32,657 bases of DNA from Litorivivens sp. GTDB lineage: Bacteria; Pseudomonadota; Gammaproteobacteria; Pseudomonadales; Spongiibacteraceae. Positions 25,889 through 32,657 of the stretch are shown here, in pieces. The DNA is taken from positions 1 to 32,657 of the forward strand of contig JBFHCW010000001.1 in NCBI GenBank assembly GCA_041585035.1, given 5' to 3'. The position numbers and the translations under genes are program-made. Every line of letters begins with the position of its first letter. The stretch's first letter is position 1. The notes under the pieces are model-generated. The model did no database searches. It was not told the DNA's origin and saw nothing but the letters and a program-made list of their open reading frames with translations.

Positions 25889-26320
25889 CTATTTAAGCGG
25901 GACGACAATGCCGATTTCGCCACCATCCACGTTCTCAATCTGCTTTTCGGCGGTAGGTTCTTCAATCATAAACAGCTTGCCCTTCAATCGGACCCTTGCA
26001 TCCTCGCTGCGCGATTCGAAATAGTTCGGCGTATTGTCCTTTTCCGAAAACAGAAAATCGGACTCGTCGCTTGAATCCTTCTGTGGAAGCGAAAGGTTCA
26101 GTGAAACTGGAGCAGGCCCTTCCTCGCTTTTGTGTTCACTGGATCCAGAACGCTCCATGTCTGCTTCTGAGTGACTCGCCGCCGACGTCTGCAGCGCGGT
26201 GGGCGTGGTGACGTCGGTGACATCGGTCACGTCCGTGCCGGGAGACTCCGGCGGCTGTGCCGGGCGACTGCAACCGGAGACCGCTAATACCAGCAGCGTG
26301 ATCGATACAACAAACTTCAT
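25889..26320 (-). CDS. Hypothetical lipoprotein
   Basis: GGAGG RBS before ATG 26320; signal peptide with VSGC lipobox; low-complexity linker; C-terminal beta-strand-like segments. Confidence 0.75.
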   Translation of the reverse strand: MKFVVSITLLVLAVSGCSRPAQPPESPGTDVTDVTDVTTPTALQTSAASHSEADMERSGSSEHKSEEGPAPVSLNLSLPQKDSSDESDFLFSEKDNTPNYFESRSEDARVRLKGKLFMIEEPTAEKQIENVDGGEIGIVVPLK

Positions 26321-26541
26321 ACAACCTCCACGCGGGAACCGGATGGGCCGGGCAATAAAACATGCCAAGCCTCCTAGTAACTACCTATTGGTATACGCCG
26401 AACACCCCCTCCATGCAAGCTGACCGTCCTGCGGTATACACCCTTGATACAGACGAAACTTACTTTGCGTTCGGCTTGCCAGGCCTCGGGCAGCACTATT
26501 AAATATTCGTCCTTTCCTACCCTAGCAAACGAGGACTGACA

Positions 26542-27318
26542 ATGGGACGACTCAGCGGCAAAGTTGCCATCATTACCGGAGCAGCCCGGGGTATGGGCGA
26601 AACCACCGCCCGCCTTTTTGCCCGTGAAGGGGCTATCGTCATCATTGGCGATGTACTCGACCAGCAAGGTCAGGCGGTGGCAGACAGCCTCGGCGACAGT
26701 GGACACTATGTGCATCTGGATGTTCGCGAAGAAAGCCACTGGCAACAAGCCGTGCAACTGGCGACCTCACTGGGCAGCTATCAGGTGCTGGTCAATAACG
26801 CAGCCATTCTCTATGCTGCCGCCATCACCGAAGCCAGCCCGGACGACTATATGCGGGTTGTCAGCATCAACCAGCTCGGCCCCTATATCGGTATGCGCGA
26901 ATCCTTTGCCGCCATGAAAGCTGCCGGCGGCGGCTCCATTATCAATATTTCGTCCATTGACGGGCTGCAGTCAAAGAATGGCCTCAGCGCCTACTCGTCC
27001 AGCAAGTGGGCGCTACGAGGGCTGAGCAAATCGGCGGCACTGGAATTTGGACCCCACAATATCCGGGTTAACACGGTTCACCCCGGCGGCGTTTTTACCG
27101 CCATGCACTCAGCAGGAGACAAAACCGAGCCCGACGCAGACGACAATGCGTTCTATGCCAATCACCCACTGCCTCGCGTTGGCCTGCCTGCGGAAGTCGC
27201 CAACATGTCCTTATATCTGGCGTCCGATGAAAGCAGTTACTCGACGGGGGCGGAGTTTATTGTGGATGGCGGCTGGAGTGCGGGTTTGCGTCTGGATATG
27301 CTGCCAACTTCCGAGTAA
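26542..27318 (+). CDS. SDR oxidoreductase, 3alpha,20beta-hydroxysteroid dehydrogenase-like
   Basis: GAGG RBS; [41 protein letters not shown]. Confidence 0.88.
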   Translation: MGRLSGKVAIITGAARGMGETTARLFAREGAIVIIGDVLDQQGQAVADSLGDSGHYVHLDVREESHWQQAVQLATSLGSYQVLVNNAAILYAAAITEASPDDYMRVVSINQLGPYIGMRESFAAMKAAGGGSIINISSIDGLQSKNGLSAYSSSKWALRGLSKSAALEFGPHNIRVNTVHPGGVFTAMHSAGDKTEPDADDNAFYANHPLPRVGLPAEVANMSLYLASDESSYSTGAEFIVDGGWSAGLRLDMLPTSE

Positions 27319-27324
27319 AACGGA

Positions 27325-27358
27325 GCCAGCGAGGGCACCCAAATGCCCTCAGGCTGGC
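27325..27358. terminator. Hairpin between convergent genes
   Basis: GCCAGC-GAGGGCA-cccaaa-TGCCCTC-ag-GCTGGC. Confidence 0.5.
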
Positions 27359-27367
27359 GTCAGTCAG

Positions 27368-27574
27368 CTATAACACTTCATCTTCGCCGATGTAGTCGAT
27401 GCGCGGATAGGACACCCATTTGAAGGTGTGCTCGTGACCACAGATCATGCATTTATGCGGAGTAATGCCGGTTTTGGTATCGGTGTCGCCACAGCGCTCC
27501 ACCATGCCGTGTTTGCACTTGTCGCACACATAATTGACTTCAACTGCCTGCACCTTGCGTTTAACTTCAGTCAC
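27368..27574 (-). CDS. Small zinc-ribbon protein (68 aa)
   Basis: GTG start overlapping the upstream stop, with a GAGG RBS; CDKC and CMIC pairs; C-terminal YPRIDY. Confidence 0.72.
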   Translation of the reverse strand: MTEVKRKVQAVEVNYVCDKCKHGMVERCGDTDTKTGITPHKCMICGHEHTFKWVSYPRIDYIGEDEVL

Positions 27575-27944
27575 CGGCGTGATCCTCACTCTCGGGTTGT
27601 AGGCTACGATTCTCGGGCTGCTCACGACGTTCACGCATCGCTTGCTCCGCTTTACGCAACTCAGTTTCCAGCACTTCAAGCATCGTATTCCAGCCTGTGA
27701 CCAGCGCCTCACTGGCATCGTCGACGATCGCATTCAGATCATTTGCCTGCAGTTCATCCAGCGTAGACTTCAACTCGCGATTCTCTGCCTGAGTGGCGGC
27801 AAGCTCCGTTCGAACCTGAGCCAACTCACTAGCCACATTGCGCTGAAAAGCGCGATTGGACTGATAAAAATAGACCTGCAGAGCGACTAACGCGACAATG
27901 ATCACGCACAATACGGGTACCAACCAGCGGCTCATAGGCAACAC
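27567..27944 (-). CDS. Membrane-anchored coiled-coil hypothetical protein
   Basis: One N-terminal TM helix, then a heptad-rich helix; alternative ATG at 27935. Confidence 0.72.
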   Translation of the reverse strand: MLPMSRWLVPVLCVIIVALVALQVYFYQSNRAFQRNVASELAQVRTELAATQAENRELKSTLDELQANDLNAIVDDASEALVTGWNTMLEVLETELRKAEQAMRERREQPENRSLQPESEDHAGD

Positions 27945-28069
27945 ACCCTGTCTGCTTACACAAAATTGTAATTAGCCTACAAGCGCACTACTCTTTTCAC
28001 AAGCAGATGCGGTATACCTGCACTTCACTGCCCCGTCGCCTTTTATCCAGCAACAACCGAGACATAACA

Positions 28070-29338
28070 ATGAGAATACAAGTCCTGCTTACCGGAAATG
28101 AAATCATGTCCGGTGACATTGTTGATTCCAACTCGGCCATGATGGCTGACCAGCTCGGCAGGCAAGGCTGGCGCATTGCGCGCAAGGTAACCGTTGGGGA
28201 TGAACTGGATGTGCTTGTCGCCGAAATCCGCAGCCAAAGTGCCGCCAGCGACGTACTGCTTATCAACGGCGGACTCGGCCCTACCGTTGACGACCTCACG
28301 GCTCAGGCATTGGCCGCTGCCAGCGAACGGCCCCTCGCACTTCATTCCGGAGCGGTCGCCCACCTGGAAGCCTGGTGCGAGCGCCGCCAGATCCAGAGTA
28401 ATGAGGCCAACCGCAAACAGGCCATCTTGCCCGAGGGTTGCGGCATACTCGACAACGACAGTGGCAGCGCCGTGGGCATCCAGATGGAGCTCAATGGCTG
28501 CCAGATCTACGCAACACCCGGCGTGCCCTCCGAACTGCGCTGGATGCTGCGCCACGAAGTGCTGCCCGATATGCTGAAGCGCTTTCCCGCGGGTGAAGTC
28601 GAAACCCGGCGATTGCTTGTGTTTGGCAGCGGCGAATCTACGCTGCAACAGCTGATCCATAATCAGTATCCCGACTGGCCCGACGCCATTGAGCTCGGCT
28701 TTCGTGCCTCCATGCCCGCACTGGAAGTAAAACTGACCTCTCGCAATGCAGACACCGCCGAACTCGACCGCTGGCAACAGCGTCTGATTGACGATATTTT
28801 TCAGGACACCTATGTTGCCAACGCTCCCGGCTCACTGGCCCAGGCCACCATTGAGGCCCTGTACCGCGAGCAGTTGCATGTGGCTACCGCCGAATCCTGC
28901 ACCGGCGGCATGATCGCCAGCCAGCTCACTGATGTACCTGGCGCCTCACAGGTATTTGAAGCCGGCTGGGTCACCTATTCCAACGCCATGAAGCAAAGCC
29001 AGCTAGGCGTTGCAGCAAACGATCTGGAGCATTTCGGAGCCGTCAGCGAACCGGTCGCCATCGCCATGGCAGAAGGCGCCAGAGCTAATAGCGGAGCCGA
29101 TATCAGTGTCGCCGTGACGGGTATTGCCGGTCCCGACGGCGGCACCGAGCAGAAACCGGTTGGCACTGTGTGGATCGCGCTGGCAACCGACGGTGATACA
29201 CACACCTACGCACTGCGCCTACCTTTTGAACGGGGCCTGTTCCGGCGCTGGGTCAGCGCCTGCTGTCTGGACCTGATCCGCCGCGCAGCCCTGGGGCTGA
29301 CATTGGAGCCGCGCTATCTGGCGCGCTTTCAAAAATAA
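28070..29338 (+). CDS. cinA: CinA family protein (MoCF-like pyrophosphatase domain fused to PncC NMN deamidase)
   Basis: LLTGNE, VGD, GGLGPTVDDLT, PGVPSE; AESCTGG, TYSN, GAVS, TGIAGPDGG. Start set at ATG 28070. Confidence 0.92.
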   Translation: MRIQVLLTGNEIMSGDIVDSNSAMMADQLGRQGWRIARKVTVGDELDVLVAEIRSQSAASDVLLINGGLGPTVDDLTAQALAAASERPLALHSGAVAHLEAWCERRQIQSNEANRKQAILPEGCGILDNDSGSAVGIQMELNGCQIYATPGVPSELRWMLRHEVLPDMLKRFPAGEVETRRLLVFGSGESTLQQLIHNQYPDWPDAIELGFRASMPALEVKLTSRNADTAELDRWQQRLIDDIFQDTYVANAPGSLAQATIEALYREQLHVATAESCTGGMIASQLTDVPGASQVFEAGWVTYSNAMKQSQLGVAANDLEHFGAVSEPVAIAMAEGARANSGADISVAVTGIAGPDGGTEQKPVGTVWIALATDGDTHTYALRLPFERGLFRRWVSACCLDLIRRAALGLTLEPRYLARFQK

Positions 29339-29467
29339 GCTGGCAAAGCCCCCAATGCCGCCTATTTTGCGCTTTTCACCTGCCGAAAATGCTAATGCCA
29401 GCCAGCCTAAAGCCTGATAGGCTAGCCCACTTATTGACCAACACTCATAAGTTAAAAATACAACGCT

Positions 29468-31363
29468 ATGACCCAGAATTCCCGTCAACGTCCCGTGTGG
29501 CTACTCAGCATGGATTCGGACCAGTTTTATGCCGCGCCTACCACAACCGGCGGTTTGAAAGCCTATTACCTTGAGTACGGCGCTCACCGCACCGACAATC
29601 ACATTGAGCTGGTGCATTTTCGCGACGGCGATCAGGCACTGGCCTGGCCCGAACAGTGGCGCGAGGAGCAACTGCCGCTGGCACAAGCGGCGCTGGCTGA
29701 CGGCATAACACCCTTGTTAGGATTGAGCTTCTACACGTGGAATGCGGCTGAGTTTCTGAGCATCGCCCGGCAATTGAAAGCGGCCTGCCCCGAGCTGCTG
29801 ATTGTCGCTGGCGGCCCCCATGTCCAACAGGCCGAAGACTACCTGTTCGACGAGCCACTGGATCTGATTGTATTAGGCGAAGGGGAAGAAACCTTCCAGG
29901 AACTGCTGGACAACCCCAGCCCCGACAACTGGGCCGCCATTAACGGGCTGGCCTTTCTCGACGGCGACAAAATCCACAAAACCCCGGAGCGCTCGCGTCG
30001 TATCGACCTCGACAGCCTGCCCTCCGCCCTGAATGTTGTACCGCTGCGCGACAAGGCTACCGGTAAAACACTGTACGATTCCATTTCCTACGAAACCAGT
30101 CGCGGCTGTCCTTTCAAATGTGCTTTCTGCGAATGGGGCACCGGGGCGATCGGTACCAAAATGCACCAGTTTTCGATGGAACGGATCGAACGCGACTGGC
30201 GCCAGATTGTCGGTGCCGGTATCAAGGATATCTGGCTGGCCGACTCCAACTTTGGTGCACTCAAGGATGATCTGGCCAAGGCGCAGTTGATTTGTGACCT
30301 CAAGGCAGAAACTGGCTACCCCAGCACCTTCGCCACTTCCTGGTCGAAAAAACACAGCCCACGGGTTCAGGAAATCGTGCTGCTGCTCAACCGCCACGGC
30401 CTACTGCCCCACTACCAGCTCGCCCTGCAAACCCTGACACCGCTAGCGCTGGAACTGAGCAATCGCCAAAACATGAGTTCCAATAAATACGAGCCCATTG
30501 CCAAACAGATGGCGGAACAGGGTGTGCCCATCGCCGCCGAGCTGATCTGGGGCCTGCCGGGCGACAACCTGAAAGACTTTGAAGCCAACCTCGACCAGTT
30601 GCTGGCCACTTTCCCCAACATCAATATTTTTGGCTATACCCTGCTGCCCGGCACCGAATTCTATGAAAAACGCGATGAATACCGCATAGAAACCATCCCG
30701 GTAGCGGGCTACGGCAAGGCCAAGGGTGAGTATGTGGTGGGCTGTCACACCTTTGACCGGGACGAAGGTATCGAAGGCTACTTCCTGATCACCGCCCACA
30801 TTCTCTTTGTCCACGGTCACCTGTTGCCGCTGACCAATCGCTTTCTGGCCCTGTCCGGGGTGAACGGTATTTCGCGGGCGCTGCGCAGCCTGCTGCGTGC
30901 CTGCCTGCAGGCCCACCGGGACAACCTGCCCGAACTGGATATCAGCGATCGCATGGCCGTCTACGAGCAGCGCTCAAAACTTTACCTCGCCTTGTTGCAA
31001 TCGCCCCAAGCCAGCTACCGCCTACTGGAAAAAGCGCTCTGTGGCTGGGCAGAAGAAGAAGGCTACGACGAAACCTTTATCGCCCGATTGCGCTGCGTCA
31101 TTGCGCTTGATAAAACACTCAGCCCGCGCATTGGCAGCAAGCAAACGGCCTGGCAGCATTTTGAGTTCGACGCCGGTCAATTGCTGAAAGCGCTCGATGC
31201 GATGGACCTGCCCGATTGGGATCAAATACTCGATCAGCAGCAGGACATCATGATTGAAACGCCGGGTGGCGTCGGTGATGTTTTGAAAGACCCGGACGGC
31301 GGCAGCTGGCTGAAAGGAAAAGTATTGCACACGGCGATCACCGTAGATCGCCTGCCAGCCTGA
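29468..31363 (+). CDS. Cobalamin-binding radical SAM enzyme (class B methyltransferase-like)
   Basis: B12-binding Rossmann region (GLSFYTWN, VAGGPH, GEGEETF); ETSRGCPFKCAFC CxxxCxxC motif; ADSNFG, ELIWGLPG, LLPGT. Confidence 0.92.
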   Translation: MTQNSRQRPVWLLSMDSDQFYAAPTTTGGLKAYYLEYGAHRTDNHIELVHFRDGDQALAWPEQWREEQLPLAQAALADGITPLLGLSFYTWNAAEFLSIARQLKAACPELLIVAGGPHVQQAEDYLFDEPLDLIVLGEGEETFQELLDNPSPDNWAAINGLAFLDGDKIHKTPERSRRIDLDSLPSALNVVPLRDKATGKTLYDSISYETSRGCPFKCAFCEWGTGAIGTKMHQFSMERIERDWRQIVGAGIKDIWLADSNFGALKDDLAKAQLICDLKAETGYPSTFATSWSKKHSPRVQEIVLLLNRHGLLPHYQLALQTLTPLALELSNRQNMSSNKYEPIAKQMAEQGVPIAAELIWGLPGDNLKDFEANLDQLLATFPNINIFGYTLLPGTEFYEKRDEYRIETIPVAGYGKAKGEYVVGCHTFDRDEGIEGYFLITAHILFVHGHLLPLTNRFLALSGVNGISRALRSLLRACLQAHRDNLPELDISDRMAVYEQRSKLYLALLQSPQASYRLLEKALCGWAEEEGYDETFIARLRCVIALDKTLSPRIGSKQTAWQHFEFDAGQLLKALDAMDLPDWDQILDQQQDIMIETPGGVGDVLKDPDGGSWLKGKVLHTAITVDRLPA

Positions 31364-31371
31364 TTAAGCGT

Positions 31372-31791
31372 TTAAACCTGCGCTTCGGCGTGCCCTGAGG
31401 CCAGCAGTTCCGAGCGCAGTTTTTCCGCTTCAGCGGCCAGTTCAGCCGCTTCCGCCGGCTTGGCCCGCGCAATATTGGCTTCGTCCATCGTATTGATCGG
31501 AATCAGGTGCAGGTGCGTGTGCGGCACCTCCAGCCCTATGATTTGCAACGCCACTCGCTGGCAATGGTATACCGCTTTCTGCGCCTTGGTGATCGTGCGC
31601 GCCACCGCAAAACAGTGGTTGGCAAGATCGACCGGCAAATCATCCCAATGATCAATCTCCTGCACCGGCACCACCAGCAGATGCCCGGGCACAATCGGCG
31701 CGATGGTCATAAAAGCAACCGCCTGCTCGTCGCGCCACACAAAATGCCCTGGCAGTTCACCGGCAATAATCTTGCTGAAAATACTACTCAT
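31372..31791 (-). CDS. HIT (histidine triad) family hydrolase
   Basis: SIFSKIIAGELP, PGHLLVVP, VPHTHLHLIP; ATG 31791 overlaps the end of tmcA. Confidence 0.92.
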   Translation of the reverse strand: MSSIFSKIIAGELPGHFVWRDEQAVAFMTIAPIVPGHLLVVPVQEIDHWDDLPVDLANHCFAVARTITKAQKAVYHCQRVALQIIGLEVPHTHLHLIPINTMDEANIARAKPAEAAELAAEAEKLRSELLASGHAEAQV

Positions 31792-32657
31792 GATCCGCAC
31801 TCTGTCCTTGTTCAAGTGAAAGAAACAAACGGTAACCCTGATGCAGTCGGTGTTCAACCTCGCGCCGCCCTGTCAGCGCATAACGCCGGGCGACGTCGGA
31901 CCAGTTCTGTGCCTGCAGTACCCTGCTGATAATCAGCTCCGTATCGTCGCCGGCCGGCAACTGCGGCAAAGGCCGACTTTGAAGATAGCGAAACAGCGAA
32001 GGAAAAGCGTGTTCAAAGGCAATTTCGCCCGAGACAAAACGCTGAACATCGCGCCGTTCATCGTTGCTCAATGCTTCTTCGGGCGAGGACTGGTTCAAGA
32101 GTAACAAGGCGAGCGAGGCATCAAGGCTCTGGAAAGTTTCACGGAGCTGTAAACTGAAATGCCATCCAAAGCGGCTATAAAGAGGGGCTAATGCGGTACT
32201 TGCGCGTTCGGTAAAGGGCTTTGCCACCAGCAGGGCATGGCTTCCGCTGCACGGATCGCGCCGAACACCCAGGCGCAGGGGCAGATAATCCTGCCGCAAC
32301 CAGAATTCCGTCACTGAAGTATCAGCCGCAAAACTGGAGCCTACATAATCCAGGCCTTCATCGGAGGCGAACTGTTCAATCGCCTCCAGCAACCGCTGCC
32401 CCAGACCTCGCCGTCGATGCTCCGCCAATACCGCAATGCGGCTGATCCGTGCACAGCGCAGATCAAGCCCGTCACTGAGCCCGCAGTGATAAACCAGCGA
32501 CTGAGGGAGCAGATGCCCCTGAAGCCGCCGCTCGCCCTGTAGCACGGCATCAAACATCTCCTCCGGTAAACCGCCCTCTTCTATGACCAATGCCGCCGCG
32601 CAAACCCGCCCTGCGGGCGAGCGCAACACCCAGACACTGGTTGCCAGGGAATCGAGC
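31784..32657 (-). CDS. tmcA: tRNA(Met) cytidine acetyltransferase TmcA (3' part; starts beyond the right edge)
   Basis: RRLQGHLLPQSL, RISRIAV...RRRGLG GNAT motif, GSSFA, FWLRQDY; frame open to the window edge. Confidence 0.88.
   Translation of the reverse strand, partial: LDSLATSVWVLRSPAGRVCAAALVIEEGGLPEEMFDAVLQGERRLQGHLLPQSLVYHCGLSDGLDLRCARISRIAVLAEHRRRGLGQRLLEAIEQFASDEGLDYVGSSFAADTSVTEFWLRQDYLPLRLGVRRDPCSGSHALLVAKPFTERASTALAPLYSRFGWHFSLQLRETFQSLDASLALLLLNQSSPEEALSNDERRDVQRFVSGEIAFEHAFPSLFRYLQSRPLPQLPAGDDTELIISRVLQAQNWSDVARRYALTGRREVEHRLHQGYRLFLSLEQGQSADHE

Noticed and set aside
1897-27358. Intergenic hairpins at 1897, 8636, 10708 and 27325 considered as a REP family
   Set aside because: They share no common sequence; treated as independent terminator-like stems.
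29339-29467. Possible cobalamin riboswitch upstream of the B12 radical SAM gene
   Set aside because: The gap is only 129 nt and lacks the B12-box and GGGAA/GCCACTG elements.

Overview
Chromosomal window from a moderately GC-rich Gammaproteobacterium; the gene content suggests a marine Cellvibrionales/Spongiibacteraceae-like organism (inference). Left to right: (1) a housekeeping block of partial alpha/beta hydrolase, sixA, gpsA and htpG with a sigma32 promoter; (2) an SDR / aldehyde dehydrogenase / beta-hydroxyacid dehydrogenase operon, divergent from an internally duplicated Cys-bearing hypothetical protein, next to a Tat-exported class II cholesterol oxidase; (3) the valine/isobutyrate catabolic operon (mmsA, acyl-CoA dehydrogenase, two crotonases, mmsB) with divergent AraC regulator mmsR; (4) a DUF883-like membrane pair, an amidohydrolase and a small lipoprotein; (5) an unusual three-gene export locus: a secreted Pro/Gly-rich protein with 23-aa tandem repeats, a barrel-less OmpA-domain protein and an atypical TpsB/ShlB-like Omp85 transporter, behind an AT-rich region with CRP-like boxes; (6) hprA-like dehydrogenase, lipoprotein, hydroxysteroid-dehydrogenase-like SDR, Zn-ribbon and coiled-coil proteins, cinA, an orphan B12-dependent radical SAM enzyme, a HIT protein and partial tmcA. 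No rRNA, tRNA, CRISPR array or transposase was recognised. The best candidate for an undescribed system is the export locus at 20680-24386. Family assignments come from motifs read by eye and remembered family features, not from database searches.
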